Positions 38,752-48,335 of a stretch of DNA of 51,946 nt are shown here, piece after piece. The stretch spans positions 1 to 51,946 of the forward strand of contig JAKABX010000003.1 in assembly GCA_021796545.1 (NCBI GenBank), in the 5' to 3' direction. The stretch's first letter is position 1. Each line of letters opens with the position of its first letter. The notes below the pieces were generated by a model. That model made no database searches. It saw only the letters and a list, made by a program, of their open reading frames with translations, and had not been told where the DNA came from. The DNA is from Actinomycetes bacterium (GTDB lineage: Bacteria; Actinomycetota; Acidimicrobiia; Acidimicrobiales; Bog-793). The position numbers were made by a program, and so were the translations under genes.

Positions 38752-38876
38752 CTGGCCCCCTCTGTCGCCGCCCGGGGCGCGCGCAGCCGTCCGGACTGAG
38801 CGGCGGGACCCCACAGGGTCCCCGTCGCCCCCGCCGCGCACCGCCGGGCCGGTCCGGCGGGCAGGCTAGTGCGCCG

Positions 38877-39632
38877 GTGCCGCTCTTCACGAACGTCGTC
38901 CGCGTTGCGCAGGTGGACTCGACCAACCGTCTCGCCGCCGACCTCGCACGCGCGGGCGCCGCCGAAGGGCTCGTCGTCGTCGCCGACGAGCAGATCGACG
39001 GGCGGGGGCGGCGCGGTCGCCGCTGGGATGCTCCGCCGGGCGCCGGGCTGCTGGTGAGCGTGCTCGTGCGACGCCACGCGACCCCCGCCCACGCGCATCT
39101 CTGCGTCGCGGCGCTCGCGCTCGGCGCTCGCGCGGCGCTCGAGGCGCAGGGCTGCGACACGGCGCTCAAGTGGCCGAACGACCTTGTCGTCCCCCGCGCC
39201 GGGGGCGACGCGAAGATCGCCGGCCTGCTCGCCGAGTGGGCGGAGCCGGGTGCGCTCGTGGTCGGCCTCGGCTGCAACCTCACCTGGCCGGCGGCGGACG
39301 CGGCGGCGCTTCCGCCGGGTGCGACCACCCTCGAGGCGGTGACCGGCCGGGCGCCGGCGCGCGACGCGCTGCTCTTTCGGGTGCTCGCCGAGTTCGAGCA
39401 CCGCTACCTCGCCGTCGTCGCCGGTGAGGGTGCGGCGCTCGTCGCCGAGCGGCGCGCCAGGTGCGCGACGCTCGGTCGGCGCGTGCGGGTCGAGCGGGCG
39501 GACGGCACGAGCGAGACCGGACGCGCGCTCGACGTCGCCGACGACGGCCGCCTCCTGGTCGACCGCGGCCAGGACACCGTGGTGATCGGCGAGGGCGACG
39601 TGGTGCATCTGCGCGACGCGGCCGGGAATTGA
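38877..39632 (+). CDS. birA: Biotin-protein ligase (no N-terminal HTH)
   Basis: DSTN, EQxxGRGRRGRRW, KWPND, KIAGLL, GDVVHLR. Confidence 0.92.
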   Translation: MPLFTNVVRVAQVDSTNRLAADLARAGAAEGLVVVADEQIDGRGRRGRRWDAPPGAGLLVSVLVRRHATPAHAHLCVAALALGARAALEAQGCDTALKWPNDLVVPRAGGDAKIAGLLAEWAEPGALVVGLGCNLTWPAADAAALPPGATTLEAVTGRAPARDALLFRVLAEFEHRYLAVVAGEGAALVAERRARCATLGRRVRVERADGTSETGRALDVADDGRLLVDRGQDTVVIGEGDVVHLRDAAGN

Positions 39633-39671
39633 GCCCCCGGTGTCGGCCAGCAGCGCTGGTACCCTGCGGCG

Positions 39672-40706
39672 ATGCGTCTTCTCGTCACCGGTGCCGCCGG
39701 GTTCATCGGGGCCAATTTCGTTCGCCGCCACCTCGAGACGCGGCCCGGGGACGAGATCGTCGCCTACGACGCGCTGACCTACGCGGGCAACCTCGCGAAC
39801 CTCTCGCCCTATCTCGAGGAGGGGCGCGTGCGCTTCGTGCACGGCGACATCGCGAACACCGAGCTGCTCGCGCACGTGCTCGGGGAGCGCCGCATCGACG
39901 TTGTCGTCAACTTCGCGGCGGAGTCCCACAACAGCCTCGCCGTGCTCGACCCGGCGCGCTTTTTCCGCACGAACGTCCTTGGAACCCAGGCCCTGTGCGG
40001 CGCCGTGCTCGCGGCGGGGAACACGCGTCTGCACCACATCTCCACCTGCGAGGTCTACGGCGACCTCGCGCTCGACAGCGACGAGAGCTTCGCGGAGGAG
40101 GCGCCTTACCGTCCGCGCACCCCCTACAACGCGGCGAAAGCCGGGGGCGACCACGTCGTGCGCAGCTACGTCGAGACTTTCAAGCTGCCCGCGACGATCA
40201 CGAACTGCTGCAACAACTACGGGCCCTACCAGTTTCCCGAGAAGGTCATCCCGCTCTTTGTCACGCGCGCGCTCGCCGGCGAGCCGCTCCCGCTCTACGC
40301 CTCGACACAGAACCGGCGGGAGTGGCTGCACGTGAGCGACCACTGCGCGGCGGTCGAGCTCGTGATCGAGCGCGGGCGCCTCGGCGAGACCTACAACGTC
40401 GGCTCGGGGATCGAGCGCAGCGTCGAGGAGATCGCCGACGCGGTGCTCGGCGCGGCCGGGCGCCCCGCCTCGCTCAAGACAATCGTGCCCGACCGCCCCG
40501 GCCACGACCGCCGCTATCTGCTGGATTCGACCAAGATCCGCACCGAGCTTGGCTGGCGGCCCGAGATCGACTTCGCGAGCGGCCTGGTGGAGACCGTCGA
40601 GTGGTACCGCGCGCACGAGGAGTGGTGGCGTCCGCTCCTCGGCCGGTCGCCGGTCATCGAGGGCCACTGGTCGCTCGCGCGCGCCGGCGCGCCGGCGCGG
40701 GCCTGA
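39672..40706 (+). CDS. rfbB: dTDP-glucose 4,6-dehydratase
   Basis: TGAAGFIG, DALTYAGN, FAAESH, PYNAAK, NNYGPYQFPEKVIP, DRPGHDRRY. Confidence 0.92.
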   Translation: MRLLVTGAAGFIGANFVRRHLETRPGDEIVAYDALTYAGNLANLSPYLEEGRVRFVHGDIANTELLAHVLGERRIDVVVNFAAESHNSLAVLDPARFFRTNVLGTQALCGAVLAAGNTRLHHISTCEVYGDLALDSDESFAEEAPYRPRTPYNAAKAGGDHVVRSYVETFKLPATITNCCNNYGPYQFPEKVIPLFVTRALAGEPLPLYASTQNRREWLHVSDHCAAVELVIERGRLGETYNVGSGIERSVEEIADAVLGAAGRPASLKTIVPDRPGHDRRYLLDSTKIRTELGWRPEIDFASGLVETVEWYRAHEEWWRPLLGRSPVIEGHWSLARAGAPARA

Positions 40707-40715
40707 GCCGCGGCG

Positions 40716-41597
40716 ATGCGGGTCCTGATCACCGGTGCCGCGGGCCAGGTCGGCCGTGAGGTGGTCGCGGTGCTCGAGCGCCGGGCGGCCGAGCGGCGTC
40801 GCGGCCCGGCGCTCGAGGCGGTGGCGCTCGGGCGCGACGCCTGCGACGTGGCGCGGCGGGACGCGGTCCTCGCGGTCGTGTCCGGCGTCGAACCCGACGT
40901 CGTCATCCACTGCGCGGCGTTCACGGCCGTCGACGCCTGCGAGAGCGAGCCCGACCGCGCGTACATGGTGAACGCGCTCGGCACACGCCACGTCGCGGAG
41001 GCGGCGCGCCGCGTCGGCGCACACCTCGTTGCGGTTTCGACCGACTACGTCTTCGACGGGCGGTCCTCGCAGCCCTACCGCGAGTGGGACGCGCCCCATC
41101 CCCTCTCGGTCTACGGCGCGTCCAAGCTCGGCGGCGAGCGCGAGTGCGATCCCTCGGCGACGGTCGTGCGCACCTCGTGGGTCTGCGGCCGCTTCGGCCC
41201 GAACATGGCCAAGACGGTGCTGCGCCTGGCAGCGGGGGAGGGGCCTCTGCGTTTCGTCGACGACCAGCACGGCAGCCCGACCGTCGCGGCCGATCTCGCG
41301 GAGATGCTCGTCACCTTGGGCCTCGAGCGCCGCCCGGGGCTGTTCCATGTGACCAACACGGGGGCGACGACCTGGTACGGGTTCGCCCGCGTTGTCCTCG
41401 CCGCGGCGGGCGGCGACCCCGGGCGCGTCGAGCCGATCGCGACGGGCGCGCTCGTCCCGCCGCGTCCCGCACCCCGCCCGGCGAATTCGGTGCTCGACAA
41501 CGCGGCGCTCCGCCTGTCGGGGATCGCCTTGCTGCCGGCCTGGGAGGAGTCCGTCGCCCGCCTCATCGGCGAGCTGGGCATGGCCGCGGCGCCGTGA
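40716..41597 (+). CDS. rfbD: dTDP-4-dehydrorhamnose reductase
   Basis: TGAAGQVG, CAAFTAVD, STDYVFDG, YGASK, DDQHGSPT, APRPANSVL. Confidence 0.93.
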   Translation: MRVLITGAAGQVGREVVAVLERRAAERRRGPALEAVALGRDACDVARRDAVLAVVSGVEPDVVIHCAAFTAVDACESEPDRAYMVNALGTRHVAEAARRVGAHLVAVSTDYVFDGRSSQPYREWDAPHPLSVYGASKLGGERECDPSATVVRTSWVCGRFGPNMAKTVLRLAAGEGPLRFVDDQHGSPTVAADLAEMLVTLGLERRPGLFHVTNTGATTWYGFARVVLAAAGGDPGRVEPIATGALVPPRPAPRPANSVLDNAALRLSGIALLPAWEESVARLIGELGMAAAP

Positions 41598-42487
41598 GCG
41601 AACGCCGGCTCGGCGGCGTCGGCGCGGTCGTCGTCAACTACGACGCGGGACCCTCCCTCGGCCGCTGCGTCGCGAGCCTGCGTGCCGCGGGGCTGGGTAC
41701 GGTCGTCGTGGTCGACAACGGCTCGCACGACGGCTCGCTCGCCTCGCTCGCACGCGCCGACGCGGACGCCGTCCTCGTCCCCCTCGGGCGCAACGTCGGC
41801 TATGCGAGCGCGGTGAACCGCGGTGTCCAGCACCTCGCCGACGCCATCGAGGCGGTGCTCGTGTGCAACCCGGACCTCGTCGTCGAGCCGGACGCCGTCT
41901 CGCTGCTGTGGGACGCGCTCGTGGCACACGCCGAGACCGCGGCCGTCGGTCCCACCGTGCGCGACCCCGACGGCCGTTCGTACCCCTCGGCGCGGCAATT
42001 CCCCGACTACAAGACGGCGGTCGCGCACGGTCTGCTCGGGATGTTCCTCCCGGACAACCGCTGGTCGCGTGCGTACCGCCGCGAGGACGCGCTCCGGGCG
42101 CCGGGGACGGCCCCCGAGGTCGACTGGGTCTCGGGCGCCTGCATGCTCGTGCGGAAGAGCGCCCTGTTCTCCGTCGGCGGCTTCGACGAGGGCTACTTCA
42201 TGTACGTGGAGGACCTCGATCTCTGCTGGCGGCTGCGGCGCGCCGGCTGGAGCGTGCGCCAGGTCCCCTCCGCCCAGGTCGTGCACGTGGGCGGCGTGTC
42301 GGCGGCCCGCCATCCCTACCGGATGATCGTCGCCCACCACCGTTCGACCTGGCGGTTCGCGAGGAAGCGCGTGGCCGGGCCGGGCCGGGCACTCCTCCCG
42401 CTCATCGGCGCCGGCATCGCCGCGCGCGGTGCTGTGGCGCTCACCCGGCGCGCGCTGCGGAGCAACCCCCGACCCCCGAGCGTCTAG
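41594..42487 (+). CDS. GT2 rhamnosyltransferase (WbbL-like)
   Basis: VVDNGS, NVGY, CNPD, YPSARQFP, DWVSGAC, FDEGYFMYVEDLD. Confidence 0.88.
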   Translation: MSERRLGGVGAVVVNYDAGPSLGRCVASLRAAGLGTVVVVDNGSHDGSLASLARADADAVLVPLGRNVGYASAVNRGVQHLADAIEAVLVCNPDLVVEPDAVSLLWDALVAHAETAAVGPTVRDPDGRSYPSARQFPDYKTAVAHGLLGMFLPDNRWSRAYRREDALRAPGTAPEVDWVSGACMLVRKSALFSVGGFDEGYFMYVEDLDLCWRLRRAGWSVRQVPSAQVVHVGGVSAARHPYRMIVAHHRSTWRFARKRVAGPGRALLPLIGAGIAARGAVALTRRALRSNPRPPSV

Positions 42488-42499
42488 GCTGCGCCCCCG

Positions 42500-43486
42500 A
42501 TGCCACGACGTTCCTTCGGGCGCATGGTCGCGCGAGCCGCTGCGAGCGGCGGCACCCGCACCTATCGCGCGCGCCCGCCGATGCTGTGGTCCGCGGCGAT
42601 GGTCGTCATCGTGCTCGGAGGGCTCTCGCTCATCGGCTACTCGCGCGCTGAGCGCCTGAGCAAGTCGACGGCAGCCGCCGAGCCGCCGACGACGACGGAC
42701 AACTGGCATGCGGCCTTCGCGATCGACATCTGCGGCACGCTGCAGCCGAACCTCTCCGCCAACACGAACTTCACGACGGCGGGCATCCGCACCTTCGGTG
42801 ACGGGGTCATCGACGTCGACCCCGGCGCGGTCTCGAACTCCTCGGCCTTCACGGGCACGCACGACACGCTTGCGACCTTCGTCTCGAGCTACGGGCGTGG
42901 CTTCGCCCTGACGGCGACGAGCCTTACGATGCCGGGCAAGCCCACCCCGACCACCTCGAGCGCGCCGACCACCACGAGCGCGCCGACCACCACGAGCACG
43001 CCGACCACCACGAGCACGCCGTCTTCGAAGACAACCTCGAAGGCGTCCTCGACCAAGACCTCGACCAAGGGCGTCAGCGCGACGTTCTCGCCGGCCAAGA
43101 CGTCACCGACGACGTCGATCGCGGCCACCACCTCGACCGCCGCGTCCGCCTCGCCCGCGCCGGCCAAGAACTCGACGACGACCACCGCGGCGGTCCCGGT
43201 CACGACGACGACCGCGGCGGTGGTCGCCGGGCCGACCTACACGAGCGGCGGGACCTGCCCGAAGTCGTCCAGGACGCCGGGGAAGGCGGTCCTTGTCGCC
43301 AAGGTCTGGCCGAGCCCGAGCGGGACGCCCTCGCTGGTGCGCAGCAACATCGGGGCGATCCGGATCCTCGACGGGATGATGATCACGCTCGCGTACGTGC
43401 CCGAGGGTGCGGCGATACCCGCGCCTCCCTCACGCGCGACCCTCCTGCAGGATCTCGGGGGCGCGTCCTCCGGGAAGAAGAAGTAG
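42500..43486 (+). CDS. Membrane-anchored protein with a Ser/Thr-rich insert
   Basis: One N-terminal TM helix, a globular part with two Cys, and a Thr/Ser/Pro-rich segment of roughly 100 aa. Confidence 0.8.
   Translation: MPRRSFGRMVARAAASGGTRTYRARPPMLWSAAMVVIVLGGLSLIGYSRAERLSKSTAAAEPPTTTDNWHAAFAIDICGTLQPNLSANTNFTTAGIRTFGDGVIDVDPGAVSNSSAFTGTHDTLATFVSSYGRGFALTATSLTMPGKPTPTTSSAPTTTSAPTTTSTPTTTSTPSSKTTSKASSTKTSTKGVSATFSPAKTSPTTSIAATTSTAASASPAPAKNSTTTTAAVPVTTTTAAVVAGPTYTSGGTCPKSSRTPGKAVLVAKVWPSPSGTPSLVRSNIGAIRILDGMMITLAYVPEGAAIPAPPSRATLLQDLGGASSGKKK
42947..43018 (+). repeat. 4 x 18-bp coding tandem repeat
   Basis: CCGACCACC(T/A)CGAGC(G/A)CG x4, encoding PTTSSA/PTTTSA/PTTTST/PTTTST. Confidence 0.9.
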
Positions 43487-43510
43487 CGCGCCGGGAGAGC
43501 GGGCTGCTCG

Positions 43511-44584
43511 GTGCAGGCCCTCGTTCTCGTCGGCGGTGAGGGGACGCGGCTGCGTCCCCTCACCTACGACATCCCCAAGCCCATGCTGCCTGTCGTCGGG
43601 GCGCCGATGATCGGACGCGTCGTCGAGTGGCTCGCGCTCTACGGCGTCGAGCGTGTCGTGTTCTCGCTTGGTTACCGCGCGGACGCGTTCGCGGACTTCC
43701 TCGGTGGCGAGTGGGCCGGTGTCGAGCTGGACTACGCGATCGAGCCGGAGGCGCTCGACACCGCCGGCGCGATCCTCTACGGCGCGTCCAAGGGCGGGCT
43801 CACCGACGAGCGCTTCGTCGTCGTCAATGGCGACATCCTCACCGATCTCGTCCTGGATGACCTGCTCGCGTTCCACGAGAGCCACGGCGGCATGGCGACG
43901 ATCGCGCTGACGCCGGTCGAGGATCCCTCCGCCTACGGCGTCGTGCCGACTGGCGCCGGCGGCCGCGTGCTCGCGTTCATCGAGAAGCCGCCGCGCGACG
44001 AGGCGCCGACGAACCTCATCAACGCGGGCACCTACGTGCTCGAGCCCGCCGTGCTCGGGCGCATCGCGACCGGGCGGCGCGTCTCGATCGAGCGGGAGGT
44101 CTTCCCCGCCCTCGTGGGCGACGGCCAGCTCTACGCGCTCGCGTCCGACGCGTACTGGCTCGACACCGGGACCCCCGAGCGGTACCTGCGCGCCCAGCTC
44201 GACGTGCTCACCGGCCAGCGCCCCGACCTGCGCCTGCCAGTGCACCACCTCGACGGTGCGGCCATGATCGGTGACGGCGCGCGCCTTCTCGGCGCCATCG
44301 AGGGACCGGCCTTCCTCGGCGCGGGGGCGACGGTCGCCGTGGGGGCGACGGTCGCCAACGCGGTGCTCGGCGAGCGCGCGTCGGTCGAGCGAGGGGCGCG
44401 AGTCGTCGGCTCGGCCCTGCTCGGCGGCGCGGTCATCGGCGAAGGCGCTCTCGTCGAGGACTCGATCGTCGGGCCGGGCGCTGTGGTCGGCGCGGGTGCC
44501 CGCGTCCGGGCGCTCTCGGTGCTCGGCGCGAACGTGGCGGTGACGCCCGGGACGGTCCTCGACAGCGCGCGACTGCCGGTGTGA
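43511..44584 (+). CDS. NDP-sugar synthase (mannose-1-phosphate guanylyltransferase-like)
   Basis: LVGGEGTRLRPLT, PKPMLP, LDTAGA, NGD, FIEKP, INAGTY, WLDTGTP, C-terminal hexapeptide repeats. Confidence 0.92.
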   Translation: MQALVLVGGEGTRLRPLTYDIPKPMLPVVGAPMIGRVVEWLALYGVERVVFSLGYRADAFADFLGGEWAGVELDYAIEPEALDTAGAILYGASKGGLTDERFVVVNGDILTDLVLDDLLAFHESHGGMATIALTPVEDPSAYGVVPTGAGGRVLAFIEKPPRDEAPTNLINAGTYVLEPAVLGRIATGRRVSIEREVFPALVGDGQLYALASDAYWLDTGTPERYLRAQLDVLTGQRPDLRLPVHHLDGAAMIGDGARLLGAIEGPAFLGAGATVAVGATVANAVLGERASVERGARVVGSALLGGAVIGEGALVEDSIVGPGAVVGAGARVRALSVLGANVAVTPGTVLDSARLPV

Positions 44585-45585
44585 CAATCACGCCCGTGCG
44601 GGCGCTGGTGACAGGAGGGGCCGGCTTCCTCGGCTCTGGCCTCGTCGACCGCCTGATCGCCGAAGGCCACAGCGTCGAGGTGATCGACGACCTCTCGTGC
44701 GGCTCGCTGGCCAACCTCGCCGACGCGCGCGCCTCGGTCGGCGCGATGCGCTTCCACCAGATGGACGTCTGCCAGCCGGCCTGCGTCGAGCTCGTCGCGC
44801 GGCTGCGCCCCGAGGTCGTCTTCCATCTCGCCGCCCCGCCAGGGGAGGAGGCGGGTTTCGACGACCCCGTCCTGCAGGCCGAGGTCGGAGTCGTCGGCCT
44901 GATCCGGGTGCTCGAGGGAGCCCGGGCGGCCGGGAGCCGCAAGATCGTCTTCGCGTCGTCGTGGACGAGCTACGGGCCGCTCGAGGCCGACGACCTTCCC
45001 GTGCGCGAGCACCTCGTTGCGCGCCCGCGCTCGGCCGAGGGCGTCGCCAAGCGAGCGGCGCTGGACCTGCTCGCGGGCTACCGGGAGCAGCACGGCCTCG
45101 AGTTCTCGGCCCTCGCGCTCGCCTCGGTCTACGGCCCCCGCCAGCTCGGCGCGTCCGAGCCCGGTGCGGTCGCCTCGCTGGTCGCCGCCCTCGTTGCGCA
45201 CCGACCCTGGGCGGTCGGCGACCGCGCCCGGACGCGGGACTTCCTCTTCGTCGACGACGCCGTCGACGCGTGTGCGCGCGCGGCCGAGCGCGGGAGCGGC
45301 CTGCTCATCAACGTCGCGAGCGGCGAGGAGACCTCGCTCGAGGCGCTCGCGCACGAGGTCGCCCGCGTCGGGGGCGCGCCCGTCCGCCTCGCCGGAGCGC
45401 CGGCGCGCCCGACGCCGAGCGCGCGCGTCGCCCTGGACCCGTCGCGGGCCGAGATCCACCTCGGTTGGCGGCCCTTCACCCCGCTCGCCGACGGGCTCGC
45501 CGTCATGCTCGACGCGGCGCACGCAGCGCTCCCTCGGCTCGCGCCTGCGTCGGGACCGACGATCGCCGGCGACCCGCAGCGCTGA
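44581..45585 (+). CDS. NAD-dependent epimerase/dehydratase family protein (atypical active site)
   Basis: TGGAGFLGS, HLAA, VYGPRQ, TRDFLFVDD; the YxxxK position reads EGVAK. Confidence 0.85.
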   Translation: MTITPVRALVTGGAGFLGSGLVDRLIAEGHSVEVIDDLSCGSLANLADARASVGAMRFHQMDVCQPACVELVARLRPEVVFHLAAPPGEEAGFDDPVLQAEVGVVGLIRVLEGARAAGSRKIVFASSWTSYGPLEADDLPVREHLVARPRSAEGVAKRAALDLLAGYREQHGLEFSALALASVYGPRQLGASEPGAVASLVAALVAHRPWAVGDRARTRDFLFVDDAVDACARAAERGSGLLINVASGEETSLEALAHEVARVGGAPVRLAGAPARPTPSARVALDPSRAEIHLGWRPFTPLADGLAVMLDAAHAALPRLAPASGPTIAGDPQR

Positions 45586-45587
45586 GC

Positions 45588-46544
45588 ATGGCGGCGCCCG
45601 GGGCCACTCAGGTGGCGGTGCTCTGCGGGGGCGTCGGTGCCGCGCGCCTGCTCGCTGGGCTCGTGCGGGTCGTCGCCCCCGAGAACTGCGTCGCGATCGT
45701 CAATGTCGGCGACGACACCGAGATCCACGGGCTGCGGATCTGCCCCGACCTCGACACGATCACCTACACCCTCGCCGGCGCGTCGGACCCCGAGCGCGGC
45801 TGGGGGTTGAAGGGGGAGACCTGGGCGGCCATGACCCAGCTCGAGGCGCTCGGGGGCGAGACGTGGTTCCGCCTCGGCGACCGGGACCTCGCGACCCACC
45901 TCTACCGCACCGGCCGCCTCGCGCAGGGCGCGTCCCTCGCCGCGGTGACGGCCGAGATCGCGGCCGCGTGGGGCATCCGCGTGCACCTGCTGCCCGCCAG
46001 CGAGGACGAGCTGCGCACGCGCCTCATGCTCGCCGACGGCGGCGAGGTCGGCTTCCAGGAGTACTTCGTCCGCCACCGCCACGCGGTCGCGGTCTCGGCC
46101 GTGCGCTTCGCCGGGGCTGAGACCGCGCGGCCGACCCCGGGGGTGCTCGAGTCGCTCGCACACGCGGAGGCGCTCGTCGTCGCACCGTCCAACCCCGTCG
46201 TCTCGATCGGCCCGGTGCTCGCCGTCCCCGGTGTCGCCGCAGCGCTGGCGCGCCGGCGCGACCGCGTCGTCGCCGTCTCGCCGATCGTCGGCGGCAGGGC
46301 GCTGAAGGGCCCCGCTGACCGGCTGCTGCGCGAGCTCGGCGAGGAGGCGTCGGTCGTCGGCGTCGCGCGGCGCCTGCGTGAGGTCGCGGGGACCCTCGTG
46401 ATCGACGAGGCCGACGCCGCGCTCGCCGGTGCCGTCGAGGAGGCCGGCATGGCCTGTCGCGTCGCGCCGACGGTGATGGCGACACCCGAGCGCGCTGCCG
46501 CGCTCGTGGCGGTCGTGCTCGAGGAGGCCGCACGTGGACGCTGA
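45588..46544 (+). CDS. cofD: 2-phospho-L-lactate/PEP transferase, F420 biosynthesis (CofD/FbiA)
   Basis: [48 protein letters not shown]. Confidence 0.95.
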   Translation: MAAPGATQVAVLCGGVGAARLLAGLVRVVAPENCVAIVNVGDDTEIHGLRICPDLDTITYTLAGASDPERGWGLKGETWAAMTQLEALGGETWFRLGDRDLATHLYRTGRLAQGASLAAVTAEIAAAWGIRVHLLPASEDELRTRLMLADGGEVGFQEYFVRHRHAVAVSAVRFAGAETARPTPGVLESLAHAEALVVAPSNPVVSIGPVLAVPGVAAALARRRDRVVAVSPIVGGRALKGPADRLLRELGEEASVVGVARRLREVAGTLVIDEADAALAGAVEEAGMACRVAPTVMATPERAAALVAVVLEEAARGR

Positions 46545-47253
46545 GGTGCCGCCCCCCGGCGCCCTGGTCGTGCTGCCGGTGCAGGGGATCGGTGAGGTGC
46601 GCCCCGGCGACGACCTTGCCGGGGCGATCGCCGCCGCGGCCCATCTCGCCGACGGCGACGTCGTCGTCGTCACCCAGAAGGTCGTCTCCAAGGCCGAGGG
46701 CCGCCTCGTGCGCGTCGACCCCGACGACCCGGAGGCCAAGCTCCGCTTGGCGGAGTCCGAGGCCGTACGCGTGCTGCGACGCCGGGGCGACCTCGTGATC
46801 ACCGAGACGCGCCACGGCTTTGTCTGCGCGAACTCCGGCGTCGACCTCTCCAACGTGGACGAGGGGGTCGCGGCCCTCTTGCCGGTCGACCCGGACCGCT
46901 CGGCACGACGCCTGCGCGACGCGCTCGTGGGGCGGCTGAAGATCGCGGTCGCGGTCGTGGTCACCGACACCTTCGGGCGCGCGTGGCGCCGCGGGGTGAC
47001 CGACGTCGCGATCGGTTGCGCGGGCATCGCGGCGGTGCTCGATCTGCGCGGGACCAAAGATGCCAACGGGCGGGAGCTGCGCGCGACCGAGGTTTGCGTC
47101 GCCGACGAGATCGCCGCCGCGGCCGACCTCGTCATGGGCAAGGCGGCGCGCTGCCCGGTCGCGATCGTGCGCGGCCTGTCGCCGGGGTGGTGGCGGGAGT
47201 CGTCGGTGCGCGCGGAGGTCGTGCGCTCGCCCGGCGAGGACCTGTTCCGGTGA
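46534..47253 (+). CDS. cofE: Coenzyme F420-0:L-glutamate ligase (single domain)
   Basis: EVRPGDDL, QKVVSKAEG, ANSGVDLSN, DTFGRAWRRG, ADEIAAAA, DLFR C-terminus. Confidence 0.93.
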   Translation: MDAEVPPPGALVVLPVQGIGEVRPGDDLAGAIAAAAHLADGDVVVVTQKVVSKAEGRLVRVDPDDPEAKLRLAESEAVRVLRRRGDLVITETRHGFVCANSGVDLSNVDEGVAALLPVDPDRSARRLRDALVGRLKIAVAVVVTDTFGRAWRRGVTDVAIGCAGIAAVLDLRGTKDANGRELRATEVCVADEIAAAADLVMGKAARCPVAIVRGLSPGWWRESSVRAEVVRSPGEDLFR

Positions 47254-48335
47254 GGGGGGCGGTCACCCTCGCCGTCGAGCAGTTGCGCCGCGAGGTCGCC
47301 GGGGGGATCGGCACCTACACCCGAGGACTCATCGCCGGGCTCGCGGCGCTCGGTGACGACGCGCCACCGCTGCGGCTGCGCGCGAGCCGCCCGCCGCGCG
47401 GCCCCGACCCGCTGGCACAGTTCGGGCTGGCGCTCGAGACCTCTCCGCTGTCCTCGCGCGTGCTCGTCGCCGCGTGGCAGGCAGGACTCTGCCCGGTCCG
47501 GAGCGGCGCGCTCACCCACGCGGTCTCGCTCGCGGCGCCGCCGAGCCGGCCGCCCCTCGTCGTCACGGTGCACGACCTCGCGTTCCGGGCCCTACCCGAG
47601 ACCTTCCCGCCCCGGGGGCGGCGCTGGCACGAGGCGGCGCTGCGCCGGGCGCTTGGCAAGGCCGCCGCGTTCGTCGTCCCCTCCGCAGCGGTCGCCGGCG
47701 CCCTCGTCGCTGCCGGCGCGCCCGCTGACGCGGTCCGCGTCATCCCCGAGGGCGCGGACCACCTTCCCGCCCCCGACCTGCGGGCTGCAGACGACCTCCT
47801 CGGGCGCCTGTCGGTTACAGGCCCCTTCTTCCTCGCGGTGGGCACGCTCGAGCCGCGCAAGAACCTCGGGGGTCTCGTCGCCGCCTACGCACGGGCACGC
47901 GGCGCACTCCCCGAGCCGTGGCCGCTCGTCGTCGTGGGGCCGGCCGGCTGGGGGCCGTCGGCGTCCGGGCTGGCACGGGTCCCGGGTGTGGTGCTCGCGG
48001 GTCGCGTCGGCGACGGACTGCTGGCCGGCCTCTACGCGCGGGCCCGGGTGGTCTGCTACGTCCCGCTGCTCGAGGGCTTCGGGCTGCCGGTCGTCGAGGC
48101 GATGCACGCCGGCGTTCCGGTCGTCGCGAGCGACGTCCCGAGCGGGGGCGGTGCGGCGCTCGGCGTCGACCCCCGTGACCCAAACTCCGTCGCGTCGGGC
48201 CTCGTCGCGGCCGCGACGGACGACGCGCTGCGCGCGCGCCTCGTCGCGACGGGACGCGCGCGTGCGGCCGAGCTGAGCTGGAAGGCCTGCGCCGCGGCGC
48301 ACGTCGCGCTCTGGGCCGAGGTCGTGGCGCGATGA
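47250..48335 (+). CDS. GT4 glycosyltransferase
   Basis: GGIGTY, VTVHDL, VGTLEPRKN, EGFGLPVVEAM. Confidence 0.9.
   Translation: MRGAVTLAVEQLRREVAGGIGTYTRGLIAGLAALGDDAPPLRLRASRPPRGPDPLAQFGLALETSPLSSRVLVAAWQAGLCPVRSGALTHAVSLAAPPSRPPLVVTVHDLAFRALPETFPPRGRRWHEAALRRALGKAAAFVVPSAAVAGALVAAGAPADAVRVIPEGADHLPAPDLRAADDLLGRLSVTGPFFLAVGTLEPRKNLGGLVAAYARARGALPEPWPLVVVGPAGWGPSASGLARVPGVVLAGRVGDGLLAGLYARARVVCYVPLLEGFGLPVVEAMHAGVPVVASDVPSGGGAALGVDPRDPNSVASGLVAAATDDALRARLVATGRARAAELSWKACAAAHVALWAEVVAR

Noticed and set aside
42947-43018. Repeat array as CRISPR
   Set aside because: In-frame 18-bp tandem units with no spacers, and no cas genes.
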